Part shown: piece after piece, positions 10,277 through 23,039 of the stretch
Numbering within the stretch: position 1 is the first letter of the stretch
Layout: each line of letters begins with the position of its first letter
From: Mobula hypostoma
Lineage: Eukaryota
Direction of reading: 5' to 3'
Length of the DNA: 64,000 bases
NCBI RefSeq assembly: GCF_963921235.1
Contig: NC_086100.1
Coordinates: 202,804,001 to 202,868,000, forward strand
Position numbers and translations under genes: made by a program
The notes under the pieces: model-generated
The model's database searches: none
What the model saw: the letters and a program-made list of their open reading frames with translations, nothing else
What the model was told of the DNA's origin: nothing

Positions 10277-11270
10277 GGCTACGTCCACACTACGCCAGAT
10301 AATTTTGAAAACGAAGCTTTTTCTCTTTATTTTGACCCTCTGTCCACACTAAAACAGCCTTTTCATCCCCCGAAAACAGAGATTTTCAGAAACGGTCTCC
10401 AGAGTGAATAAATCTGAAAATACCTAATATCTGTTGCAGTGCGGATGGGGTAACCGGAGATTTTTAAAACTGCTGTCATGATGTGCCGGAACAGATAGCC
10501 GCAGCCCAGCAGTTCATTGTTTTCTTCATCTTCTTCTTATTATTATAATTATTATTACTACTTTATTGTCGCCAAACAATTGATACTAGAGCGTACAATC
10601 ATCACAGCGATATTTGATTCTGCACCACATAACCTAACAATTTCAGGACAGACGGCAACGAGATTGAAGCCAGAAGAGTTAGAGATGTACTCACCAAATA
10701 CTCTGACCCATAGCTTACTGAATAAATAAGTATACTCACTTTGCTCTGTTTTCTGTCCTTGCTTGTATGAAGGTGCTTTACCTATTTATGCAAGTACTTC
10801 TCTGACAATAGATGTGTAACAGCCTAATGTAACATTGTATGGAAATACAAGATAACACTGATGCAGACATGTTTTATACATTTAACAAGGTGCTTTATTA
10901 ATGCAACAGAGTTAGTCAGTTTTTCAATGTTCGTCGTCAGCCGAGTCACACTGTCCGTGAACTCCCTGTCGGTTGTCTCCATACGCTCCAGTATTTGTTT
11001 TTTTTTCAGTTTTAAGTCCTCCTGCGTGAGAGCCAAGAGCAATTCCTTTGAAGTTTCTCTACTCTGTAACTGGACAAACGTGCACCAAGTATACCGTTTC
11101 CTCTTCGCTTGTTTTCTGTGTGTCCTACGCATGCCCAGTAGGAGGAGATTCACCCAAATATCCGTTCTAATGTGGACAAAGATATTTTGAAAAACTCTTA
11201 GTGTGGACGCCTGTCGTTTTTACTCGAAACCGACATTTTCAAAATTATCTGGTGTAGTGTGGACGTAGCC
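10277..11270 (-). mobile_element. PIF/Harbinger non-autonomous DNA transposon inserted in the Gypsy pol
   Basis: About 35-bp TIRs GGCTACGTCCACACTAC(G/A)CCAGATAATTTTGAAAA at both ends, 3-bp flanks TGA/TGG, internal coiled-coil ORF 10824..11153. Confidence 0.85.
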
Positions 11271-13851
11271 TGGGTGAAGTGATTGGGCCACAACCATTGC
11301 CCTGGAGAACAAGAAAGGGAAAGCCAGAGATGTTTGCATATGCAGAGACTTTAAAGTGAGCATCAGCCCTGTGCTGCATACACTGGTGTGCCCCACCACA
11401 AATAGAAGACATATTTGCATCTTTGGCAGGTGGGGAGAGGTTTCCAAATATTGATTTGTCAGAAGCCTATCTGCAAATAGAGATTGAGGTGTCAACCAGG
11501 AACTTCCTCACGATCAACACCCACAAGTGACTGTTCCTGTATAATTGTCTTGTCTTTGGCGCTGCATCAGCCCCAGCAATTTGGCAAAGAACAATGGACC
11601 AAGTTCTCCATGGTATCCCAGGAACACAATGTTACCTTGATGACATCATTGTGATGGTCAAGAATGATGAAGAGCACCTCCAGAACCTTGGTAAGGTGCT
11701 GATCAGGCTGAGTGAGTATGGTCTGTGTGCAAAGAGACCACAAGAGATGTGAGGTTTTGAAGAATGAAATCTCATATTGTGGACATGTCATTGACAAGCA
11801 TGGCTTACAGAAGTTGGAAGTGAAGACTGAAGCAGTGCTACAGGCACCCAAACCGGAAAACGTGTCACAACTCAGGTCATACTTGGGCTTTGTAAACTAC
11901 TACCACCAGTTTCTCCCAAACCATTGCTACAGTGATGCACCCATTGAATGCACTGTTGCAGACAGAAGCTAAGCGGGAATGGTCAGAAAGATGTGAAAGA
12001 GCATTCAATGAAATATAGGGATTAATAGCATCAGAAGAACTGATCATCGAATGTGATGCATCTCTGTCCATCAGACTGGCGTGCAATGTGTCCCCTAATG
12101 GCATTGGGTCCACTTTGTCACACATTCTGAAAGATGGATCTGAATGCCCGATTGCTTCAAGATCACTGATGAGCACAGAACACAGCCACACACAGATCAT
12201 CAAAGAGGCTCTTAGTCCAGTATGAGGAATAAAGAGGTTCAACCACTACCCTTACGGACAAAAGTTTACGCTAGTGACAGATCACCAGCCCCTTGTGTCT
12301 GTTTTCAATCTTAGGAAGGGAACTCCAGTGATGACTGCTGCCCGGTTGCAACTTTGGGTACCTTTCCCAGGAGCCCACTCTGATGACATAAAGTTCAAGG
12401 TACCAAACAACACAGCAATGCCGACAGCTTGTCACATCTTCCACTGTTGACAACTGAAGAAGAAGACTGTGACCCTGTGACCCAGCAGAAGTGCTCCACA
12501 CAGCATTGGTGGACCAGTTGCCAGTACCAAATTCTGAAATACAAAGAATAACAAGGGATGACCTGTCATTGTCAGAAGTCTGTGACATCACCATGCAAGG
12601 ATGGCCAGCTCGTGGCAATCCTGTTTCCAGAGTTCTCAGTGAGACGAGACCAACTGTCAGGATGTTAAAGAACGCTGATGTGTGGATCTCGTGTTGTGGT
12701 TCCCTCGAAACTGCACACCAGAGTGTTAGAGCATCTACATGAAGGACACTGGGGTACAGTCAGGGTGAAGAGTCTTGCCTGGAGCTATGTGTGGTGACCA
12801 GGAATAGGTAGATAGATTGAAGACTTGAAGAGAAGCTGTTGTAAGTTCAGAATGCTCCCTGACAAGCACCGTTACACCGTGGAGTGGCCATCTTCTCCAC
12901 AGCAAAGAGCGCATATTGTCTTCACTGGGCCGTTCATGGACTCCACGTTTCTGATTGCTGTTGATGCTCATTCAAAGTGGCCAGAGGTCATACCAATGAA
13001 AAGACTGTTTCAGCTCTGAGGGCTATGTTTACCAGAAATGGCTCACCAAAACAAATTGTGAGTGACAATGGACCACAATACACATCAGAAGAGTTCAGAC
13101 TACTTTTGAAGAAAAATGGCAGCAAACATTTCAAGTCAGCTCTTCAAAACCCAGCAAAAGGTTGGCCCAAACCTTCAAAAAGTCCGTTAAGCTATGGACA
13201 AGAAGGACATTTCCCTAAAGCACAAGGTGGACAACTTCCTTTTTGTGTATCACAGCTCTGTTCATGGTTCGACAAATCAAACACCTGCAATGCTGTTCAT
13301 GAGCAGGAATCTGAGATCTCGCGTAGACCTCCTGAAACCAGACCTATGGAGGGAAGTGCAGAATAAACAGTTATGCAGCAAGGAGTTTTGAGTTTGGACA
13401 GGAAGTCCCAGCACTTGATTACTGGTGGGATAACTACAAGAACTAGACCACTGATGTACACAGTGGATGTTGGAGATCATACATGGAGACATCATGAATC
13501 CTCAGACAAAGAATACACCTGAGTCAACTGCTACCAACAGGATAGACACATGGCAGCCACCGGAGCTACCTGTCAGTGATGGTCATGTCACCTACAGCAA
13601 TGTGACACCTGCAACACAAAAAATGGTGCTTGACAAGACATCTGCCAAACCTAACACCATTCCACAGGTCCAAAGGTGCTATCCTGAACGAAACCAAGCG
13701 CCACTCAAAAGAATGAATCTTTAGTATTGTTAAGTTAATAATGGACTGGTATTGTGAAAGCATGTTTATCTGTATACGGTCTGTGAAAGGGAAATTGAAT
13801 GTATTGTTACATATACAGTTTTATGTTACTTTAATCTGAAGGGGGAGGAAG

Positions 13852-14026
13852 TGTGATATGTGGATCTATTTCTTTTAGAGCAATGACTCCCCTTGGCACT
13901 GATAACTTACCTAAATGCATTAATCTCTCCTGCTGTTGCTCTCTCTGCAGTGTGAATATACCAGTTCCCTTCAACTTCCATGTGCGTGCTTTTATCTAAT
14001 TGGTATGTAGTTGTACAGATACAACA
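13852..14026 (+). repeat. 3' LTR of the Gypsy element
   Basis: Follows the PPT; TGTGATATG..CAACA; homologous to 8116-8321. Confidence 0.88.
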
Positions 14027-14549
14027 ATCAATCCACAGTCAACGGCAATAGAGGCCGTCTCCCACCGAGCGAACACTGAGGTTGGTGGGGGTGGGGGGGT
14101 GGGGAAGGAGGGTCGGCAGCCTGGACACAATGCCACACCACCGCCCCTCTCCCACCCCTGTGGAGTGGACCAGCCCTGACAGACCTGCAACACCACAGTG
14201 TGAGGCCCTGTCCTCACATACACAACGCAACAAGCACATGTAGAAGATCAGTAAAACACAACAATGCAGGATATACATGCATATAGCCTAAATCTCCACA
14301 GCCCATCAAAATCATCAGTTGATCACAGTAGGGCTTGTCTTCACTTGAGCAAACACAGGGAGGGCAGCATTGTCTCAGTTCTGGACGCAGTGCCACACTG
14401 CCCCTGGTGAAGTACATCAAATTTGTCCCCTCACTCCTGGTGGCTGCAAAGAGGTTTTGGCTCATTAGACTTTGGCAAGGTAAAGTATCTGGTAAGGTCT
14501 CCCTTTCTGTTCTTATTTGGTCAAGCCTCATCTGTTAGCATATAGTAGT

Positions 14550-14655
14550 GTAGTGAGAATGGCTCCAGAGGTAGTTTTTTCTACTGTGTGTGGGATGTGG
14601 AAAGTCTGAGAGACTTCCAGTTTCCCAGGGAAATGCATCTACACCAGGTACACCA
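14550..14655 (+). mobile_element. CR1 ORF1 N-terminal remnant
   Basis: ATGGCTCCAGAGGTAG..TGTGGGATGTGG.. resembles the CxxCGMWE zinc-finger start of CR1 ORF1. Confidence 0.5.
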
Positions 14656-14659
14656 AGAA

Positions 14660-17645
14660 GTGGTCCCACACCAACCCCTGCGGAACACCACAAGTCACTG
14701 GCAACCAACTAGAAAAGGATCCTTTTATTCCCACTGACCATCTCCTACCAATCAGCCAATGCTCTAACCATGTTAATAACTTTCCTGTAATACCATGGGC
14801 TCTGAACTTGGTAAGTAGCCTCATGTGTGGCACCTTGTCAAAGGCCTTCTGAAAGTTCAAGTATACAACATCCTCTACATCCCCTTTATCTATCCTACTT
14901 GTAATCTCCTCAAAGAATTCCAATAGGTTTGTCAGGCAGGATTTTCCCTGAAGGAAGCCATGTTGACTATGTGCTATCTTGTTCTGTGCCACCAAGTACT
15001 CCATCACCTCATCCTTAACAATTGACTCTAACATCTTCCCAACCACTGAGGTCAGGCTAACTGGTCTATAATTTCCTTTCTGCTGCCTTCCTCCTTTCTT
15101 AAAAAGTGGAGTAACATTTGCAATTTTCCATTAGAAATTATTTGAAAAATCATTTTTCACCCCAATCTCTAACGCTACCTCTTTCAGAACCCCAGGGTGC
15201 AGTTCATCTGGTCCAGGTGACTTATGTACCTTTAGGTCTTTCAGCTTTTTGAGCACTTCCTCTCTTGTAACAGTAACTGCACCCACTTCTCTTCCTTCAC
15301 ACACTACAACATCAGGCACATTGCTAGCGTCTTCCACAGTGAAAACTGATGCAAAATACTCATTTAGTTCAGCATCCATCTCCTTGTCCCCCATTATTAT
15401 TTCTCCTGCCTCATTTTCTAGTGGTCCTATATCCACTCTCATTTTTATTTTTAAAATAATTGAAAAAAGTTTTACTATCCACTTTGATATTAATTGCTAC
15501 CTTGCTTTCATATTTCATCTTTTCCCTTCTAATGATTTTTTGGTTGCTCTCTGTAGGTTTTTAAAAACTTCCCAATCCTCTATCTTCCCACTAATTTTTG
15601 CTTTGTTGTATGCCTTTTCTTTAGCTTTTACAATAGCTTTGACGTCCCGTGTCAGCCACGGTTGTACTATTTTACCATTTGAGTATTTCTTCATTTTTGG
15701 AATACACATGTCCTGCACCTTCCTCATTTTTCCCAGAAACTCACACCATTGCTGCTCTGCTGACATCCCTGCCAGCAGCTCCTTCCAATTTACTTTGGCC
15801 AACTCCTCTCTCAGATCACTGTAATTTCCCTTACTCCACTGAAATACTGCTACATCAGACTTTACTTTCTCCCTATCAAGTTTCAAGTTGAACACAATCA
15901 TATTGTGATCACTGGTTCCTAAGGGTTCTTTTACCTTAAGCTCTCTAATTGCCTCCAGTTCATTACATAACACCCAATCCAGTATAGTTGATTCCCTGGT
16001 AGGCTCAACAACAAACTGCTCTAAAAAGTAATCTCTTAGGCATTCAACAAACTCACTCTCTTGAGATTCATTCTCAACCTGATTCTGCCACTCAATCTGC
16101 ATGTTAAAATCTCCCATAACTACCATAACATTGCCCTTTTGACTCGCCTTTTCTATTTCCTGTTTTAATCTGTGGCCCACCTCCCAGCCACTGCTGGCAG
16201 GCCTGTATATAACTACCATCAGGGTCCTTTTATCCTTGCAAGTTTCTGAACTCAACCCACAAGGATTCAACATCTTCTGATCCTATGTCACATCTTTCTA
16301 CTGACTTGATGCCATTCTTTACCAGCAGAGCCACACCACCCCCTCTGCCTAGTCATAGTAGTCATACTTTATTGATCCCAGGGGAAATTGGTTTTTGTTA
16401 CAGTTGCACCATAAATAATAAATAGTAATAGAACCATAAATAGTTAAATAGTAATATGTAAATTATGCCAGTAAATTATGAAATAAGTCCAGGACCAGCC
16501 TATTGGCTCAGGGTGTCTGACCCTCCAAGGGAGGAGTTGTAAAGTTTGATGGCCACAGGCAGGAATGACTTCCTATGATGCTCTGTGCTGCATTTCGGTG
16601 CAATGAGTCTCTGGCTGAATGTACTCCTGTGCCCAACCAGTACATTATGTAGTGGATGGGAGACATTGACCAAGATGGCATGCAACTTGGACAGCATCCT
16701 CTTTTCAATTCTACCTTCCTATCCCTCTGATATAATGTGTAACCTCAGACATTCAGCACCCAACTACAACCATCCTTCAGCCACGATTCAGTGATGGCCA
16801 CAACCTCATACCAGTAATCTTCTTGCCTGCCCTTCCTGATAATCTGACTGCACGCTATCTTTACATTTTTACCAGCTGTCCTTTCCTGGGTCCCTTCACC
16901 CTGGTTCCCACCCCCTTGCCAAGTTCATTTAAACCCTCTCCAACAGCTCTAACATACTTGCCTGCGAGAATACTGGTCCCTCTTGGGTTCAGGTGCAACC
17001 CGTCACTTTTGTACAGATCATACCTCCCCCAGGAGATCCCAATGATCCAAGAACCTGAAGCCCTGCCCCCTGCACCAGCTTCTCAGCCACACATCTATCT
17101 GCCAGATCATCCTGTTTCTACCCTCACTGGCGTGTGGCACAGGCAACAATTCAGAAATTACTACCTGAGAGGTCCTGCTTCTCAGCTTTCTACCCAACTC
17201 TCTAAATTCTCTTTTCAGGACCTGTTCACTTTTCCTTATATGTCATTGTTACCAATATGTACCAAGACATCTGGCTGCTTCCCCTCCCTCTCCAAAATGT
17301 TGTGGACATGATCTGACACATCATGTGTCCTGTTCACATCCACAGAACCTCCTGTCTCTTCCCCTCACCATCGAGTCCCCTATCACTACTGCTCCCTTCT
17401 CTCTTTCCCTTCTGCACCATGGACCCATGCTTGGTGCCTGTAACCCAGTTGCTGTGGCATTCTCCTGGGAGGTCATCCCCCACAACAGTATCCAAAGCGG
17501 TATACTTGTTTTTGAGAGGAATGGCCACAGGGTGCTCTACTCTAACTGTCTATTTCCTTTTCTCCTGACGGTCACCCAGCTACCCGCCTCCTGCAACTTT
17601 GGGGTGACTACTTCCCTATAACTCTGATCGATTATATCCTCGCTT
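14660..17645 (-). mobile_element. CR1 LINE: ORF1 esterase remnant, APE endonuclease and part of RT; decayed
   Basis: PLKNKYTALDTV (ORF1), VVIYRP..MGDFN..LDWVLCNE..SDHN (APE), HKSPGPD and FQKAFDKVPH. Confidence 0.93.
16351..16707 (-). mobile_element. Rex1/Babar 3' end, same family as 4292-5243, inserted in CR1
   Basis: Nearly identical to 4880-5243 (MLSKLHAIL.NVSHPLH..SFLPVAIKLYN) with the same ATGACT tail. Confidence 0.9.
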
Positions 17646-18434
17646 ATATGCGCACCAACTAATTTTTCCTAAATAATCAAAGAACAGAAAATATATTTCC
17701 AGTTAAAAAGGGGTTTCTACAGCTGGCGACATGTTTCTCGTAGTTCCATTTTGAATCGCCACGTGTCCATGGGGCTCCTCATATCCGTGTTCGTTGCTAA
17801 TGCCAGCAGACCTGCTTTTATATCAATTTATTACCAATTCAAATACTGTACTCCAGTGTCACTGGCTGTAGGTCATGTGCCTGACCTTCAGCACCTATTT
17901 ATTGCCCCCGCTCCAGGCCAGCATCCACTTCTTGCCCTCTTCCCAGCAAGTGACAATTGGTAATTTATGGCTCGCTCTTCTCAATCTGCTTGAATCACAC
18001 AGACCAGACACAGGGCAACATTCACAAACCTGCATGTTGTATCCAACCAAAGAACAGCTCAAAAATAACTTCTTATTTGGAAATGATTCCGAATTCAGCA
18101 GATTACCTGAGGCGTTATTGTGTCTTTAAAACACTGGTCAAGCCAAGCAACTAACACACAAAACAGAGGATATAAAACAGTTCCACAAAATGGCAGCCTC
18201 CATCTCCAGGCACATGGCAAAACAAAGACAGTTGGTCCGTCAGTTTCATTTGAATTCAGTGATTTTCATACTGTAGTTCTTTCTGCCCAACAATGGGGTT
18301 GTAAAGAAAGCTCTTGGCATATTTGCCTTCTCTGGGGAGAAGATGGCAGTGCAACGACAGCGCGCGCGGCCTTTCCGGTGATGAATATCTGTTATCTGTC
18401 AAGTAGAGGACCGTGCACAATCCTAATTTGATGG

Positions 18435-19005
18435 ACAGAGACATGAGAGCACAGCGGAACACCTGGAAAACTTCTGAAATGTCTGCTTTGCTACCGCTGC
18501 TACTGTGTGGTAACTGGAATCTCCGGAGCTGAAGGCCTAGAAATCCTCGGCTTTGCGTGTTTCAGCGGCTGGGGAGAGGTCGAAGGCGCTCGGCAGAGGA
18601 TGGCGCTCGGGAGGCTGTATCGGAGAGGCTGTTCGGAAGCTCGGAGTTTTCGGACGGATGGACTCAGGGTCGGCTGCTTCCAAAGCATCGGCAAGTTGAT
18701 GGTGCCTGGAGGTTTATGGCAGGGAGTTTCTCCCTTTTGCCGCCTGCTATCGGAGACTCGGGAGTCGATCGACTCGGGGAATTTTGAGACTTTATTTACC
18801 ATGCCCTTGGTTTGTTCTTCATCAAATTATGGTATTGCTTTGCACTGCTGTAACTATATGTTATAATTATGTGGTTCTGTCAGTGTTAGTCTTTGGTTTG
18901 TCCTGTTTTCTGTGATATCACTCCAGAGAAACATTGTATCATTTCTTAATGCATGTATGCATTTCTAAATGACAATAAAAGAGGACTGAGTGTTCTCATA
19001 ATCTA
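18435..19005 (+). repeat. Probable LINE 3' UTR/tail, family not assigned
   Basis: CpG-containing body, T-rich 3' part, AATAAAAG..CATAATCTA terminus typical of retroposon ends. Confidence 0.5.
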
Positions 19006-19575
19006 AAGTATTGAGTACAGGAGATGGGATGTTATGTTGCAGTTGTAATATACAATGATGAGATCTAATTTGGAGTATTGTGTGTAGTTTTAGGTACCTA
19101 CCTGCTAGAAAGATGGAAACAGGTTGAAGAGTATAGAGAAAATTTACAAGGATGTTGCTGGTCTGGAGGACGTGAGTTACAAGGAAAAACTTAATAGGTT
19201 AGGACTGTATTCCTTAGAATGTAGAAGATTGAGAAGAGATTTGATAGAGGTATACAAAATTGAGTGGTATCGATAGGGTAAATGCAAACAGGCATTTTCC
19301 ACTGATGTTGTGTGGGACTACAACCAGAGGTCATGCGTTAAGGGTGAAAGGTGAAAAGTTTAAGGGGAACATGAAAGGAAACTTCTTCAGTCAGAGGGAC
19401 ATGAGAGCGTGAAATGAGCTGCCAGCACAAGTGGTGCATGCAAGTTCAATATCAAAGTTTAAGAGAAGTTTGGATAGGTACGTGGTTGGTAGTAGTATGG
19501 AGGGCTATTGTTCTGGTGCAGATTGAAGGGAGGAGGCAATTTAAATCGTTTCCACATGGTCTGGATGGCCTGAAC
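19006..19575 (+). mobile_element. CR1 3' fragment, degraded
   Basis: TTGGAGTATTGTGTG..GATTTGATAGAGGTATACAAAAT..AACTTCTTCAGTCAGAGGG. Confidence 0.85.
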
Positions 19576-22500
19576 ATAGAAATATAGAAAACACACAGCA
19601 CGATACATGCCCTTCAGTCCACAACGCTGTGCCAAACATGTCCTTCCTTTAGAAAATACCTACGGTTACCCACAGCACTCTATTTTTCTAAGCTCCATGT
19701 ACTTAAAAGAGCCTGTCGTATCCACCTCCACTACCATAGCCAGCAGCCCATTCCACACACTTACCACTCTGAGTAAAAAACTTACTCCTGACATCTTCTC
19801 TGTACCTACTCCCAAGCATCTTAAACCTGTGCCCTCTTATGGCAGCCATTTCAGCCCTGGGAAAAAGCCTCTGACTATCCACACGATCAATCTCTTATCA
19901 TCTTATACACCTCTATTAGGTCACATCTCATCCTCCGTCGCTCCAAGGAGAAAAGGCCAAGTTCACTCAACCTATTCTCATAAGGCATGCTCCCCAATCC
20001 AGGCAACACCCTTGTAAATCTCCTCTGCACCCTTTCTATGGCTTATATATCCTTCCTGTAGTGAGGCGACCAGAACTGAGCACAGTAGTCCAAGTGGGGT
20101 CTGACCAGGGTCCTATATAGCTGCAAAATTACCTCTTGCTCTGATACTCAGTCCCATGGTTGATGAAGGCCAATACACTGTATGTCATCTTACCCACAGA
20201 GTCAACCTGCGCAGCACTTTGAGTGTCCTATGGACTCTGACCCCAAGATCCCTCTGATCCTCCACGCTGCCAAGAGTCTTACCATTAATAGTATATTCTG
20301 CCATCATATTTGACATACCAAATTGAACCACTTCACACTTATCTGGGATGAACTCCATCTGCCACTTCTCAACCCAATTTTGCATTGTATCAATGTCCCG
20401 CTGTAACCTCTGACAGCCCTCCACACTGTCCACAACACCCCCAACCTTTGTGTTATCAGCAAATTTACTAACCCATCCCTCCTATTCCTCAGCCAGGTCA
20501 TGAATAAAAATCATGAAGAGTAGGGGTCCCAGAACAGATCCCTGAGGCACACCACTGGTCACCGACCTCCCTGCAGAATATGACACGTCTACAACCACTC
20601 TTTGCCTTCTGTGGGCAAGCCAGTTCTGGATCCACAAAGCAATGTCCCTTTGGATCCCATGCCTCCTTACTTTCTGAATAAGCCTTGCATGGGGTACCCT
20701 ATCAAATGCCTTGCTGAAATCCATATACATTACATCTACTGCTCTTCCTTCATCAATGTGTTTAGTCACATCCTCAAAAAATTCAATCAGGCTCGTAAGG
20801 CACGACCTGCCTTTGACAAAGCCATGCTGACTATTCCTAATCATATTATGCCTCTCCAAATGTTCATAAATCCTGCCTCTCAGAATCTTCTCCATCAAAT
20901 TACCAACCACTGAAGTAAGATTCACTGGTCTATAATTTCCTGAGCTATCTCTACTCCCTTTCTTGAATAAGGGAACAACATCCGCAACTCTCCAATCCTT
21001 CGGAACCTCTCCCATCCTCATTGATGATGCAAAGATCATGGCCAGAGGCTCAGCAATCGCCTCCCTCACTTCGTACAGTAGCCTGGCGTACATCCCATCC
21101 GGTCCCGGTGACTTATCCAACTTGATGCTTTCCTAAAACTCCAACACATATTCTTCCTTAATATCTACATGCTCAAGCTTTTCAGTCTACTGCAAGTCAT
21201 CCCTAGAATCACCAAGATCCTTTTCCGTAGTGAATACTGAAGCAAAGTATTCATTAAGTACCTCCGCTATTTCCTCCGGTTCCATACACGCTTTTCCACT
21301 GTCACACTTGATTGGCCCTATTCTTTCACATCTTATCCTCTTGCTCTTCACATACTTGTAGAAAGCCTTGGGGTTTTCCTTAATCTTGTTGCCACAGTCT
21401 TCCCATGGCCGCTTTTGGCTCTCCTAATTTCATTCTTAAGCTCATTCCTGTTGGCCTTATAATCTTCTAGGTTCCTATCATTACCTAATTTTTTGAACCT
21501 TTTGTGAGCTGTTCTTTTCTCCTTGACTAGATTTACAATAGCCTTTGTGCACCACGGATCTTGTACCCTACCATCCTTTCCATGTTTCATAGGAACGTAC
21601 CTACTCAGAACCCCATGCAAATATCCTCTGAACATTTGTCACATTTCTTCTGTACGTTTCCCTGAGAACATCTATTTCCAATTTATGCTTCCAAATTCCT
21701 GCCTGATAGCTTCATATTTTCCTTTATTCCAATTAAACATTTCCCTAACTTGTCTTTTCCTATTCCTCTCCAATGCTATCATAAAGGAGATAGAATTATG
21801 ATCACTATCTCAAAGATGCTCTCCCACTGAGAGACCTGACACCTGACCAGGTTCATTTCCCAATACCAGATCAAGTACAGCCTGTCCTCTTGTTGGTTTA
21901 TCTGCATATTGTATCAAGAAACCTTCCTGAACACACCTAACAAACTCTACCCCATCTAAACCCGTCACTCTAGGGAGATGCCAATCAGTACATGGGAAAT
22001 TAAGATCTCCCACCACAACAACCCTGTTATTATTACTCCTTTCCAGAATCTGTCTTCCTATCTGCTCCTCGATGTCCCTGTTACTATTGGGTGGTGTATA
22101 AAAAACACCCAGTAGAGTTATTGACCCCTTCCTGTTCCTGACCTTCACCCACAGAGACTCAGTAGACAATCCCTCCATGGCGTCCACCTTTTCTGCAGCC
22201 GTGACACTATCTCTGATCAGCAGTGTCACGTCCCCACCTCTTTTGCCTCCCTCCCTGTCCTTTCTGAAACATCTAAAACCCGGCACTCAAAGTAGCCATT
22301 CCTGCCCCTGAGCCATCCAAGTCTCTGTAGTGGCCACAACATCATAGCTCCAAGTACTGATCCACGCTCTAAGCTCATCCACTTTATTCATAATACTCCT
22401 CGCATTAAAATAGACACATCTCAAACCATCGGTCTGAGTGCGTCCCTTCTTTATCACCTGCCTATCCTCTCCTCGCACTGTCTCCAAGCTTTCTCTATTT

Positions 22501-23030
22501 GTGAGCCAACCTCACTTTCCTCTGTCAGTTCAGTTCGGTTCCCACCCCCCAGGAATTCTTGTTTAAACTCTCCTCAATAGCCTTAGCAAACCTCCCTGCC
22601 AAGATATCATGGACGTGATCTGAAGCATCCCAGACCCTGGCACCTGGGAGGCAAACTACCAGCCGCGTTTCTTTCCTGCATCAACAGAATCGCCTGTCTG
22701 ACCCCCTAACCATAGAGTCCCCTATCACTGCTGCCATCCTCTTCCCTTCCCTGCCCTTCCGAGCCACAGGGCCAGACTCTGTGCCAGAGATGCAGCCACT
22801 GTTGCTTCCTCCAGGCAGGTCTTACTCCCCAATGGTACTCAAGCAGGAGTACTTATTGTTAAGGGGGACAGCCACAGGGGTACTCTCTAGCATCTGACTC
22901 CTGCCCTCCCTTCTCCTGACTGTTATCCACTTACCTGTCTCCTGATGCCTCGGCGTAATTACCAGCCTCTCGCTCCTATCTATCACTTCCTCACTCTCCC
23001 CGACCAAACGAACAGGCTGCTTTGGTGCAG
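19576..23030 (-). mobile_element. CR1 LINE (family A), near full length: ORF1 remnant, APE, RT and tail; disrupted
   Basis: PVAVPLNNKYSCL (ORF1), YFNARSIMNK..TETW, GDLNFP, MDFSKAFDRVPH and [12 protein letters not shown]; (TTTCTATG)-type tail at about 19576-19590. Confidence 0.95.
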
Positions 23031-23039
23031 TACTTCTCT

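Larger units (their letters stand above)
8116..14026 (+). mobile_element. Gypsy/Ty3 LTR retrotransposon, full-length but decayed (gag-PR-RT-RH-IN)
   Basis: Two related LTRs TGT..CAACA, degenerate PBS TGGCAACC at 8325, PPT GAAGGGGGAGGAAG at 13838-13851, TSD ATCGA/ATCAA. Gag AERFRFYKRNQ, RT YLDDII near 11633, LRSYLGFVNYY, integrase VDAHSKWPEV and IVSDNGPQYTSEEF. Confidence 0.93.

Noticed and set aside
17717..17782. Short minus-strand ORF MRSPMDTWRFKMELRETCRQL after the TATA box
   Set aside because: 21 codons ending in a stop, with no recognisable homology or good donor.
18190..18225. Minus-strand MCLEMEAA as the long-isoform rhotekin first exon (recalled motif ..GSALEME..)
   Set aside because: Only LEME matches; flanking residues do not, and there is no convincing donor.
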